The notes: generated by a model from the sequence alone, not told the origin. A stretch of 63,489 nt of DNA, filler included, from Hyphochytrium catenoides (GCA_900088475.1; 12 parts of 12 records of this genome joined end to end with filler, not necessarily neighbours in it), one strand, 5' to 3'; shown: positions 39,162 through 51,982, counted from the first letter of the whole stretch. Translations and numbers: made by a program.

Positions 39162-41446
39162 TTCTATTTATGGTACACTTTCCCTAGAGGGCTTCACAGT
39201 TGCGACAGCTGTTCCTCTATATAATATGCGTCTACAGCAACTAATGGAGAGAGGCTGGTGCCAAGTCAAGCGCACCGAAGCAAAAGTCATCGTAAGGAGG
39301 AGGTGCTGCTTCTACGTATACCATAGATCTCCATATAACCACCATCTGACCCAACAGCATGACGGCTGTTGTTGAGCATCATCCCAACCTTCGACTCCGG
39401 ACCGGCTGATGTAACAATTCCTTCTTTTCATCGATACATTGAGAATGTTTCGGTCAAGCCAAAAGTCACGTCCGTAGTCAGAAGAGTGGTAGTCCTCCAA
39501 ACTCGATACTCTTGTTGTTGACAGTCTTTTGCATATTTAGCTGTTAGTAGTAGTAGTCTGGACCTTGCATGTCCTGCATCATAGAGTGGGATGTGCAATT
39601 GTTGCGCTTGCCGCGCGCTACTAACTTTTCATCTCTCACTTCACATAATCCAGACAATCTGCACTTCGGCTTATTGCGCTAGAAGAGTGTTCTTCCCTAG
39701 GCTTCCTGTGTGCCTATCATTGGCGTACGGTGAGAGACGGGTGTCGGGAAGAACTTATTCTTCCGGCAGGCTCTACTAGCTACAGACTGGCTCCCAACAC
39801 GTAAGGCCTTCGCTGAAGTTAAGCCCCTCTTCTCTCAGTCTGTCGCTCGTACGGCTAGTGCGCGACAACGGCGGCGATGATTACCTCAGGCCAGGCCTAT
39901 GTATGATCCCTTCTGCTAGCTGTTGCCTGCTGGCGGGAAGAAGGGTTATTTGGAGCAGCACAAAACTTTCGATGATTGATCTACATGTGTGTGCGTTGTT
40001 GTAACAGACACGCTGTACGCAGCCTAACCTCCAAATGTGCAGGGCGTTAGCGGCTATATCCGTTACAAGCCCCCAGCTGGTGAGCTGATTGATGTTGATG
40101 AGACCGGAAAGGGGGGGGGAAAGAGGGTCTAGGAATTCTTCACTGTCGTCTCTCTCTTTCTAATATCTCTCTCTCTCTCTCTCTCTCTCTCNNNNNNNNN
40201 NNNNNNNNNNNNNNNNNNNNNNNNNNNNNNNNNNNTTAATTAATTAANNNNNNNNNNNNNNNNNNNNNNNNNNNNNNNNNNNNNNNNNNNNGAAATGGAG
40301 AGAAAGCAGCAGCGAGAGGGGAGAGAGAGAGACAGAGACAGAGACGGAGACTGAGAAACGAAAGTAGTGGAGGAAAGGAAGAAAGAGAGGGAGAGAGAGG
40401 GGGAAAAAGGGTGAGGGCAATGATGGGAATGGACTGTAGCAAAAATACAGCACCAAAAGAGACAGGACAGAGGAAAAAAACCCTGGGAAGAAGGAGAGAC
40501 AAAGGCAGCGGATGACATAGTGAGAGAAGGTCGGAAACTGAAAGAAGACGTAAAATAGAGAACTGAACAGAGGGGCAAAAAAAAGCAGGACAGAGAAACA
40601 TAACGGAGTAGGGAGGAAGGGAGAGGAGAGAAGAAGGGGCCAAAATAAGGAGCGAGGAGGGGACAGGGAATGAATGACCCAAAGGACATCGGACCAAGCG
40701 AAGCGGTTCCAGGCCTTCCCAACGGGGAGGCCACGAGTCTGTCTGTGTATCTGTCTGTCCGTCTGTTCACAGGTAGTAAATCGTACCCCCGGACCAGCAC
40801 AATTCTGAGGTTGACGTTAATTCATGATTTGTTTCCAACCACCATTTAGATAAGCTTTCTTGGTTCGAATACATGTAAGTGCTTACGTAAATAGGAACAT
40901 GAAAGGGGGGTGAAAAGAAGCCAAAAGGACTTTGAAAACAAATGCAAACGTCGTTAATTCTGTGATCGGTCAGTTTTTGTAATCGCCAAATAATCAATTC
41001 ATCGAAAGCATATTGTTCGTCTTTGGGTTCATTAATTCATTCCCAAAACGAGCCAAAGGGTGTATCTGTTGCACGAAAGCGGGCAGGTTTCGGTACTGTA
41101 TCTAGTCCAATCGTACTCTAGTTTTTTGTGACGCTGTACTCTGTAGTCGTTGTTCCGCTTTTCCCTATTCCCCATACTATACTGAGGAACCAAATCCACT
41201 CCAACCCCTCCCTGTTGTAGTTGTGTTTGTGACTGGGTTCGCGAGAAACGCGAAGATTTGTATGGGCGCCTTTGCAATCGAAGATTCCAAATGACGAAAG
41301 TTTCAACAAAATCCCTGATCTGACCAATTGACTCTCTTGAAGAATACCCAGAATTTGCTCTAGTCAACAACGCCTATTCCGTATCCACAAACAGCTGGCT
41401 CTGAACGTTGGGGTCAGTGCGAAGCCCATACAGTAACAAGCTTTTC

Positions 41447-42363
41447 CATCAGTCATTGCAAAATGGAAGGAAACAAGGAAACCCGTGTTCCTGCCACTGC
41501 AGTTCATTCAGTCACTGCAGTTCATTCAGTCGCTGCAAGCTCTTCAGTCACTGCAATGAAGCCCTGTTGTTCAGTCACTGCAGTTCATTCAGTCACTGCA
41601 GTTCATCAGTCACTGCAAGGAAGGCATCATCTTCAGTCGCTGCAAGCTCTTTCAGTCACTGCAATGAAGCCCTGTTGTTCAGTCACTGCAGTTCATTCAG
41701 TCGCTGCAGTTCATTCAGTCACTGCAGTTCATTCAGTCGCTGCAGGCTCTTTCAGTCACTGCAGTTCATTCAGTCATTGCAGTTCATTCAGTCACTGCAG
41801 TTCATCAGTCACTGCAGTTCATTGAGTCACTGCAGTTCATCAGTCACTGCAAGGAAGGCATCCTGTTCAGTCACTGCAAGCACTTTCAGTCACTGCAATG
41901 AAGCCCTGTTGTTCAGTCACTGCAAACTCTTTCAGTGGCTGCAATGAAGCCCTGTTGTTGTTCAGTCACTGCAAGCTCTTTCAGTCACTGAGATGAAGCC
42001 CTCTTGTAAGTCACTGCAAGTTCATTCAGCCACTGCAAGGGAGCCCTCTTCAGTCACTGCAACAAGCTCTTTCAGTCACTGAGCTGAAGCCCTGTTAGTT
42101 GCACCACTGCAAGCTCTTCCAGCCATTGACTGGAAGACATTTTCCAGTCACTACAAGCTCTTTCAGTCACTGATAGGAGCCCTCTTCCTTCCAGTCATCA
42201 GAAGCTCTTCTAGTCATTGAGGAAAGCCTGTTTCAATCACGGCAAGCTCTTCCAATCGTCACTGACAGGAAGACTTTTTTCAGTCGATGAAAGGTCTGCT
42301 GGTCTTCCAATCACTGACAGAAACTTCTCAATTTCCACTGGAGCCTTCCCATTCACTGCGAGC
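41447..42363. repeat. Higher-order minisatellite built on a TTCAGTCACTGCA core
   Basis: Tens of cores separated by a few linker types (GTTCA; AGCTCT; ATGAAGCCCTGTTG; AGGAAGGCATC..), giving 17-19 and 27-bp units. Confidence 0.92.
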
Positions 42364-43755
42364 AATCCTGGGTGCAGTCATTCAGATCGCGTTCAGGCAC
42401 TGGGAAGAAGCCTTATTCTTCTTGCGACATTTAGTAAAACTGTTTTTACTCATCATTGCGTGCAAGGCATTTATGTAAGCTGACATTCTTTTGGGCACAA
42501 GAAATAGCTCTTCTTCGAGTCAGGGAAACGAAAGCTTTCTTCCTGGAGTCAAAGAAGGAAAACACTCTTCTGGTCCACGGGAAATAGTAGTCTAAATCTG
42601 GCAGAAAGATTGTATCAGTCATCATTAAGGACGGACGGACTGTCGTCTTCTCGCAAATAGTCCAAACAAATGAGCTGCTACCTTTCATCTTGTCCCATGA
42701 ACCACATTGCTATCAGTGTTATTCGCTCTTGACGTTACGTAATACGCTTATCGCGCAAGAAATAAAGCGTCTATTTCAAAGAACAAGCGTTAGTTGTTCT
42801 CATTCCTCCTGCTGCTGCTTAGTTTGTTTTTTGATAAAGAATGCATCTTCGCAACGCCAAAACTTGACTCCCACATATTATCATCACTATCATCATCACT
42901 TTTCTTCTGCTCCCTGATGCATTACAGCACAGCTGGGAGTAGGAGGAGATGCAGAAGGGAAAGACAGCATTGCAGCATTCGGATACCCTTCTTCTCGTCC
43001 GTCGAGCTGCAATACACGTATATTATGAGGTTCGAAGAAAGCTAAGCTTTCCCTTCTCGTATGCTCAAATGATTCATGTGGGGCGTACCCTTCTCTTCTT
43101 GGCTCCTTCTTCTTTTATCTTCTGTTGGTTTCGATGAGTTGTCGAGTTGTAGGTTCAGCTGCTGGAGAGGGCGGCGGCGAAGTCTGATGATGAGGGGGCA
43201 AAAGCTTTTGGTTGGTACACTTCAAATCTTCTACTGTACAATGTCGTCCAGATTTCTCCAGATTTCTGGACCCCATGGATCCATGGATGACCCATTAGGT
43301 TGACCCATCCAGTTACCCAGAATGAGCCCAATCGTCCAAGAAAGACTGTTTCAGACCTCCTCCACGAACTCGTTGACACTTCCATAAAGTATATATTCAG
43401 TGGTGGAGAGAGCTTCAAGGCAAAGAGTGGCCCCACGAGGTGGGGTTGCCATTCCAAACGCTCCCCCTCCCCATCCCCAGGATTTCAGTCCTGAACGGGG
43501 GGAGAGGTCCACCGTACAAAATGTTAGACAAACTTTGACAAGAGTTTGTGGAGGCTACAAACAGCAAATCTATGCAATTGACAGCTCCATGAAGGGAAAG
43601 TTTCATTCGCGTTTCTCGCGAAACCAGTCTTATATAGCTGTTATTAGANNNNNNNNNNNNNNNNNNNNNNNNNNNNNNNNNNNNNNNNNNNNTTAATTAA
43701 TTAANNNNNNNNNNNNNNNNNNNNNNNNNNNNNNNNNNNNNNNNNNNNCTCTCTA

Positions 43756-43794
<39 letters not shown>

Positions 43795-44189
43795 CTATCT
43801 CTATCTCTCTCTCCTCTCTTCTTCTCTCTCTGTCCCTTCCATAGCATCTCTCGCTCTCTTAATGCCGCTTCTGTTCTCTTCTTCTCTTTTACATCCATTC
43901 TTGTCCTCTTCTATCGCCCGCTTCTTTTTTAGTGCGAAAGCTCTCTTGCATCTACCAGCGGCGCTCAGAGAGGCTATCCAGTGGACGCAGTGCCTATGAC
44001 GACTCTTGCTACTTAATCATTCTTGTGCCATGCCGGCAATGAGCTCTATCTTGGATCTTCGTCCCCAGCATTGCACGATTACTTTCAAGATCAGGTTTCA
44101 ATTAAGTGAAGCCGAAGTGTGAGGACGTGGATGCGCAAACTGCTTCTGAAAGCTTACCACCGCCATGGTCGAAGTCTAGAATAGAGAGA

Positions 44190-46865
44190 ATGACGAAGAA
44201 GATCTTCAATCTTGCCATCATAGGTGGCGGGCCTGCAGGAGTGGCGCTCCTAGTTCGAGCCGCGAGAATTGGGCGACTAGAGCAGCTCCTAGGGGCGAAC
44301 AAAGCCACGTCGTTCGGCACATCGGAGCGGGGTGTCATCATCTTTGATGATCGAGAAGAAGCAAGCTTTGGCGCTGGAAAGCTGGGCAGCTATCTCATCA
44401 ACTCCAATACTTCTGGGACTCAGTTCGTCTCCACTGTGGTCGATGATAAGCCTGAGAATGACCCGCCTGAGTTTGCCACAGGCACTCCTTTGGAGCGACT
44501 AAGAGGGAGCGAGGTCGGCAAGCAGCTGAGGGAGAGTGGCCAGGATGTTGTGCCGCTAGAGCTTGTAGGAGACTTCCTTTCAGAGATCGGAGCTGTCTTC
44601 TTGAAAGAAATTGTAGGTCTATGATAAGTGTCTTGTGCCACTGCTTTGTCCACGGAGTTCTCTTAGAGTTGTTCCTTATGAAGTTTACACCTAGCCTATG
44701 TATCTTCTGCTCTGGTTTACTCTCTCTTTCTCTCTTTCTCTTCTCTCTCTCTCTCTCTCTCTATCCCTCCCTCTCTCTCTCTCTCATTTACTATTGTGTG
44801 TATCTCTCTCTCTCTGTACCCCTTACCCCTCTCTCTGTGTCCCTCCCTCCCTCTGTGTGGCACTCTCTGTGTGGTGTTCTCTCTGTGTGTGTCTCTCTCT
44901 TTCTGTCTCAATAACAATTGACCCGACCGCGGATCACCCATCTTGCTCACTCTGGCAGAGATCCAAATACTCTGAGAGTTCCGAATGCTGGAGCCGCACT
45001 CGAGTAACTCGAATCCAACGTCTAGAAAACGGGCTTACGCGCATCCAGGCCACGCACCGGGACACGTCTGGAGCCCTTGGGGAGATAGAAGTCCTCAGTC
45101 GAGCCGTCGTGCTGGCGACGGGAGGTGTCCAGAATATGAGCCACATAGATGCGGCCTTTGCCTCAAAAGTTCTCTCATCGGACTATGTCCTTACAGAGGA
45201 AGGAGTCAGAGAAGTAAAGATGAGACTATCCAGGGCAGCCGGAAGTAATAAGAGCAAAGTGTGCATTATTGGAGGGTCGCACTCTGCTTTCTCTGCCTCC
45301 TGGATACTCCTCCATAGAGTCAATGGGGCAATGATGGTGGCAGCGTCGAACCCAGGAGCCAAGGAGAGGGGGCAGATACGTCCAGCTTGCCTTCCGGAAC
45401 CTGCGCAAGATGTCAACAGCCAGGAAGAAGGACAGAGAAGGCCCGGCTCTACCACTTCTGCAAACCTTTCGAAAGCTAATGAAGAGACAGGAACCAACAA
45501 AGGGATCCTAAAGTTTGGCACAAAAGATATCACTATTCTTCATCGCCACGCGGTGCAGCTCTACTATCCTAGCAAGCGCGAGGCGGAAGCTGACGGCTAT
45601 AAGGACGGCATTGTTTCCAAGACAGGCTCCGTCAACGAGTACGGGGGTCTAAGAGGAGACGCCAAGAAGTTGTATAGGGATATCCGGCACGCGAGGGAGT
45701 TGCGTGTTAGACTCTTGCAGGTAGGCTCTTTTCCTTCTAGATCGTTTGACAGCGTAAGAGTAAGATACAAAAGGAGAGTTTGGGAGGGCACGAAGGACCT
45801 TGTGATAGAAAGTCAATCCCAGCTCTGAGACAGAGGAGACTGACCATATTGCAGATGAAGCCGTCTTCTGCAGGAAGCGAGGGCGGGAAAAGCACCAAGT
45901 ATCTCCAGAACAAGGTCTTTGAAGAGGCTTCCCTGATCATCTCCTCCTGTGGCTACTCTACAGCTGGCATTCCCATAGTGGATGAGCAGGAAAGGCCGCT
46001 AAAACTGGCAACCACTAGTAACGGGATGGTAGAGGTATCACCTCAGGCAGCCTTGATATTTGAGACCGAAGATGGATCAGAACTAGAAGCCAAAAGTCTC
46101 TTTGGGGCAGGCTTAGGCTATGGGATGAAGCCCAGTGTCATTGAGACAGACGGCAGCCAGGAGAGGAGAGCAGACGGCGTAAAGGTATATCAGTATCGCA
46201 CCGCCACCATTATTCTCGCCGCGCTCTTCGGGAAGGAAGTCTACGGCTATGGAGCTTCCTCATGGTACAGGACACAACCGCTTGACCTATTCTCTTTCTT
46301 TTTAACTAGAGGCCGTCATCTTCTTACTCTTATTCCTGGTTCAAGCACATTTGTCCCGCCACCTCCGCTAACAATTGCCCGATCTTTCCTCCTCAAGACC
46401 GTGCCACTGGCCGCTTACTCTTGCTCCCTTAAAAGCTGGACGCTAGATCTTTTCTGACCTCTCTGCTTTGGTTTTAGGGATGAAAGAATAGATCGACAGA
46501 GAGCGAAGGAGGCGAGCCAAGACTCTCCTGGTTCTCCTCAAAGATCTGGAGAAGGGCCCAAGTCTCCAAGTCGTGTCAAGACAGCAGGTCTTGCTAGTGC
46601 TGACCACTCGAGATCGTCTCCCAAGCATCAGCAAGAAGGGCATCGCGACTCTCCGTCTCACTCGTCCTCCCTAAAGGGAAAGGGTATTTCCAACCAGCAG
46701 TCCGGGCGTGTGACTTCTCAAAGTCGAAGTCACGAAGTGCCGCGCAAACAAAGGGGAAGGGCGAAAGAGGATTCCTGCCGCCAGGATATGAAAGCTGAAA
46801 TCAATCCGTTGGCCTCTGGAGTCGTAGTAGTTGGGACTCCAGCGCTAGTGAACGCCGCTCCATAA
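44190..46865 (+). CDS. FAD/NAD(P)-binding oxidoreductase-fold protein, 4 exons
   Basis: N-terminal Rossmann motif AIIGGGPAG, then VVLATGG, a second motif IIGGSHSA and GAGLG. Exons 44190-44612, 44959-45720, 45855-46264 and 46478-46865 are joined in frame by GT-AG. Confidence 0.8.
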
Positions 46866-47405
46866 TCTCCCGGTATCACCTTTGAACTGCACGTCGTATC
46901 ATGGCTTGACGGCGGCAACAGAGACAAAGTCGCCACGGCGGTAGAGGCACTTGCTCTCTAGGAGCGATGATAGAAGGGACTTATTACGGCCTCTGGTCAC
47001 GATTTGTTAAGCACCGCTGGGGTCGTGCAGCAGCAGGCACGTTAGTTCGATGGCGCAGATGTAGGTACGCAAGGGGCCAACCACAGGGGCGAACATGGTG
47101 CTACGCTACATAGCTCAGTAGGGCTGGGAATCCTTCACCTAGCTAATATAAGTAATCTCAACTTGCGATAGAAAGAGAACATTGAGTTTATTGGTTGACA
47201 AGTGTAAACGGCGACTAGTCTTTCCCTTTTGAATAGTGAACTTGCTGGTCTAATGTTCCTTCTGTCCCACAGGGAGCACATCCTCTTCTCTCGCTTGCTT
47301 GGCTATCCCTCTATCCCAGCCTCTCTCTTGCCCCTACATTCCTCTACTCCAGCGACCCCGAAGCTTTCTCCTTTGTTTGGTGCTTAAAATCTATAAAGCT
47401 TACAC

Positions 47406-48458
47406 TTACATCTTGCTGATGTCGATGACAAATCTGTACTTGACATCATTCCTAAGCACTCTCTCCCATGCCTTGTTGAGGTCGCTAGGCGGCACCACTT
47501 CCACGTCCGGAAGTACCCCGTGCTTTGCACAGAAGTCCAGCATCTCCTGGGTCTCTTTGATACCACCGATCAAAGAGCCCATGACCGAGCGACGTCCATT
47601 GATCAAGGCGGATGCCTTCACCTTCAAAGGTTCCGTCGGCACCCCGATGACGACGAGTTTGCCGTCTAGAGTAAGGGTTGTCAGATACTTCTCTACGTCG
47701 TGGTTCGCTGAGATTGTGTCTACGATGACGTTGAAGTAGCCCTTGAACCGGTCCCATTGCTCATCTTCCGTTGTCAAAAAGAACTTCTTTGCTCCTAGGC
47801 GTTCTGCATCTGCCCGCTTTCCCTCACTTGTACTGATCACTGTCACTTCCGCGCCCATTGCAGCAGCGATCTTGACAGCCATATGTCCCACTCCACCTAA
47901 GCCAGCCACGCCAACCTTCGTCCCTGGTCCTACATTGCAGTGCCTGAGAGGCGAGTAAGTCGTTATCCCTGCGCAGAGCAGAGGAGCTGCCTTTGCAAGA
48001 TCTGTCATGCCCTCCGGAATCCGTAAGACGAAGTCTTCATCGACTACTATCACGTTGGAATAGCCGCCAGCAGTAGGCTGTCCGTGCTTGTCTTGGCCGT
48101 TATATGTCCCAGTGAAGCCCTTCAAACAGTAAGACTCCTCCCCGGCTTGACAGTTCTGGCACTGCCTACAGCTGTTGACGAAGCATCCTACGCCAACGGT
48201 GTCCCCTACAGAATACTTGGTGACCTTAGCGCCCACCTTCGTGACCTTCCCCACGATCTCATGCCCAGGCACGATCGGGTACTTAACTGCGCCCCAATCG
48301 CCCTTGGCGGTGTGGATGTCAGAGTGACAGATGCCAGTCCAAAGGATCTGGATAGCCACGTCCTTTTCTTCTGGTGCTTTGCGAGTGAACTGATAAGGAC
48401 TTAGATGACCAGACGCGTCATGGACGGCGTAACCAGAAGCTGGGATATCTTGCGGCAT
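47406..48458 (-). CDS. Zn-dependent NAD(P)H alcohol dehydrogenase, cinnamyl-ADH (CAD/YahK-like) family
   Basis: Motifs GICHSD, PGHEIVG, CRQCQNC..C structural Zn cluster, APLLCAGIT, GLGGVGH and YRFVID. 350 aa, intronless. Confidence 0.95.
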   Translation of the reverse strand: MPQDIPASGYAVHDASGHLSPYQFTRKAPEEKDVAIQILWTGICHSDIHTAKGDWGAVKYPIVPGHEIVGKVTKVGAKVTKYSVGDTVGVGCFVNSCRQCQNCQAGEESYCLKGFTGTYNGQDKHGQPTAGGYSNVIVVDEDFVLRIPEGMTDLAKAAPLLCAGITTYSPLRHCNVGPGTKVGVAGLGGVGHMAVKIAAAMGAEVTVISTSEGKRADAERLGAKKFFLTTEDEQWDRFKGYFNVIVDTISANHDVEKYLTTLTLDGKLVVIGVPTEPLKVKASALINGRRSVMGSLIGGIKETQEMLDFCAKHGVLPDVEVVPPSDLNKAWERVLRNDVKYRFVIDISKM

Positions 48459-50955
48459 TGTGCTGGTGAAGAGTGGTCTTCTCTATCTCTATAAAGGTAA
48501 ACGGCGGCAGTGATCCAACAAGAAACAGCGGCGATAGAAAGATGTTCTGATGTTCTTGCAGAAGCTTTGTTCAATATGCTAGGCTAGGCGGTTCACGAGG
48601 AGAGAGTAAATCTTAAAGTGAGAACGAAGAGAAGAGTAACATTGACCAGCGCCATCGGGCATGCGCTGAAAGAGTCGCCATGCTCTCTAGCTGGTCTTTT
48701 CAGAGCAAGGCCTTAATAGTGCCGTGGCATCTAGATGATCTTCTTTCTCCATAAGGTTCCACAGAATTTAGTAGACCTGACGTGTTAAGAGGTTGTTGTC
48801 TGGTCTTTCCACCTCGTCTTGTTCAGCTCCCTGGGCCNNNNNNNNNNNNNNNNNNNNNNNNNNNNNNNNNNNNNNNNNNNNTTAATTAATTAANNNNNNN
48901 NNNNNNNNNNNNNNNNNNNNNNNNNNNNNNNNNNNNNTGTAAAGAGCTAGGCTCTATAGCTATTACCACCTCAGCCGCTGCGTGTCCTCATTCTATCAGA
49001 ATTCTGACCTTCAGACCCCTGCCGACTGCCGACCATAGGAAGAGACAGAAGAGAACATAGCAGCCACAAGGTCAGAAGTAATTGGTTCTGCAGAATCCCC
49101 CCTGGAGAAGCTAACCAAGTTCATCATCATCATTGTCATCATCATCTTCTGGTCTTGTCGACTCTCTCCTTCAACAGCCACTACTCTGACAAGGAATGAT
49201 GAAGAAAACTGATCACTGTGATTTGACCGTGTTTGTACCTCCTACCAAGCCCACTCTTCGAGAGAGAAGAAGAGTCTTCGTCGTGGAAGAAGGCTCACAC
49301 ACCGTGCTCCAGATCCATTTTTTATACCCTTGTTATTACTGAGGAGATCAACTAGGATTCTTCCTTTACTGATGATGAGCGTGCAGGAGATCGAGAGCTG
49401 AGGACGAGACCAAGGCTTTATAGCATTTCTCGTCTCTTCTTCTTCTTCCTCTTCTCCCTCTTTTCCTTCTTCTCCTCCTTCTCCTTCCTCCTCTTCTGCT
49501 CCTTGTGCTCCTTCCTAGCTATCCTACTAGTAGTAGCTTTCAATATAATAAAATGTTCTTCTTCCTCTTTCATCTCCTTCTTTTACTCCTTCTTAGTATA
49601 GGAGTCATAAAAAAATAAAGAAAGATATTCACAGCAGCAGGGGATCGGAGCGTAAGACTACTACCTGCAGATGATTGCATATAGATAAGAGTAAGAGTAA
49701 AAGAGGCTCACCACGGCCAAGCTGTCCGCAGCCTTTGAAGCCATGGTGGTGGGTACCTGACTTCCTGTACATCCCTCCGAATGGAGGGACAAGTGTCTTA
49801 TATTATAGGGCCCGGATCATCATTATCATCAATTGTCCTCCTTCGTCTTTCTTCGCTGCTCATAATCATGAAGACAATTGGCGCTAACAACAAAGAAGCT
49901 GGAAGAGGGAGAAGAAAGAAGCTCTGATGATGATTCCTTTTTACTGGGTAGGAGCGGGGTGAAGGGCTACTTGATCTTATACTACGTTTGATGATTATTA
50001 CTGCCCGCTGCCGAGAAGGAATAATAGTTGCTAGGAAGGAGTGGAGGAGAAGAAAGAAAGAAAAGAAGTGGTGCTGCAGGAGAGATTCAACGCCCTGTGT
50101 TGCTGAACCATCGCAGCGGGCATTAGAGGACCAATAGAAGACGACGCGTAGACGGAGTCGTCGGTTTTTCCGGGTTGAGCTTTCTTTGAGGAGAGTCATC
50201 ATCAGATCGCTTACCAGTTCTGATTTTTTTCTGTTACCAGTGTTTCCAGGATGACAAGGGTCGGGGATATCTTTTAGGAGGAAGGCGCCATGCTAATGCT
50301 ATCATTATTGATCGCACGCCTAATATAGAAAGTTGCTTTACTCAGCCTCCTTGTATCATCGTGATAATAAGCGTGACTACTCCTTTTTGCTTTTGGCTCC
50401 ATCGCTCTCGCTCTTCACCCTTCATCATTGTGACAGCTTCACCGCGAGAGGAAGATTGGAACAGCCTAAACGAACGTGATAGTGGTGAGAAGAAGGGCAG
50501 CCAGCAGCAGCAGGTCAGTGCTGCTCCTCCTTATCAGCAGCATACATCACAAATTACTGTCACTTACAAGACAACAGACAAACATACACACATGCCTTTT
50601 TATCGTTTAGTTAGATGCGCTCAGTCTGTCCCCTTTCCTTGTATACCTCACAAGACGGTTGTCGTAACAAAGTGCTTCAATATAGATAAAAGGGGGTTTA
50701 GAACTACGGTGGGACAAAGTTGGAGGACAGATCAGAAGCAAGAAGAACTTGCTTCTCGATCATGGCTGCTGCTTCGCCACTGCTGCCACCAAGACTGCCA
50801 GCGCCAATCCACTGCTGCTGCTGCCGCACCGCTGCTTCATAGGAACTGTGGCGCTGCTGCTGCTGACGTCCATGACAAGGAGAGCCTTGCCCTCATGAGA
50901 TATGCATCTACCACTAGCTAATCAGATTGATGTGAGCACATAGGGCAGTTGAAAA

Positions 50956-51982
50956 ATGATGAGAGGAGGGCTCAAGGCAATGAGCCCTTGGCCTATTAGC
51001 CTCTTGGGGATCACAATCTTCTATTTCTTAGCCTTCAGTAGCTCAGCTGCAGCATCCCTAGAAGTCCCTTTCTATGGCAGGCTGTCGCCCGTCTGCCCAC
51101 AATCGTCAAAAGAAAAGACAATAACGGGGGACGTAACACTTACATTTCTCCCTCATTCTGGGAGCGCTGCGATTTCGGTTGAGTTCATATATAATGACAG
51201 CGCAGATCCACTCCATGCTCTTCAGCTCTTCCATGGAAGCCCGGGATCTACAGGTCGGCCACTTCTTACAGTTTGCGGTGAATCCAAGAGCAGCTTCCCG
51301 GTCCAACCTTGTCCGCTGAGATCATTTGCCCAGTCCTTTAGTATCACAGGTGGGTCTCGAAAGCATGGCGTGCAAGTATACCAGCAAGAGCGGGCCACGT
51401 ATTTGACTCTTTTGCGGAAGGGACGTGAGAGATCTTCTCTCTAGGGAAACGAGTCCACATTTAAAAGGGAGAACGTAGTGAGGCACCGATAGACCTGCAT
51501 CCGGGAGGAAAGGATCAAGGGTAACGAGAGACGCCGAATAGGATACGGAGATAAGAGATAGAAGCGGCGTTGCCTTAGGAAGAAGAGGGGTTCACCAATC
51601 AAAGGATTAGGGAAAAGAGGGGTTAGCCAACGAGGAGCAGGACTTAAACCCCCATCTTCTACGTACCGTTGACAGATAATGCATCGCTAACAAGACTGCT
51701 ATCGAAAGGATCCTCTCTCTACGTCAACATCACGAGTAAGAGGCATCCCAAGGGGCTTGCCAGAGCCCAGCTCTATCCTGAGATTACCTACAGCGCCGTC
51801 ATTCTCTCTTCCTCAACCTCCAGCTCTACCACATCCTCGCGCTCTGAGCTGCTGGGAACAGTCAGCTTGCACTATAACAGAGCTAGAGAGACCATTACCA
51901 TCGACCGAGAGCTTCTGCGGCCCGTTAACGGGTCCACAGATGACAGTACGATAAAAGAAAGTTTGCATCTTGGGGCAGAGAC
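50956..51982 (+). CDS. Secreted CHRD-domain protein, partial
   Basis: Signal peptide, then CHRD-like LFHGSPGSTGRPL and LYVNITSKRHPKGLARAQL. GT-AG intron at ~51350-51675. A second repeat-like segment begins before the contig end. Confidence 0.7.

Noticed and set aside
41408-41947. 179-aa Cys/His/Ser-rich metallothionein-like ORF
   Set aside because: The main repeat unit has no stop in any plus frame, the ORF drifts between unit phases, and it starts at TTG.
41447-42363. CRISPR-like array
   Set aside because: The linkers are short and recurrent rather than unique spacers, there are no cas genes, and the context is eukaryotic.
48644-48696. GACCAGC..GCTGGTC hairpin upstream of the ADH
   Set aside because: Short and imperfect, with no match to an RNA family I recognise; compatible with chance.
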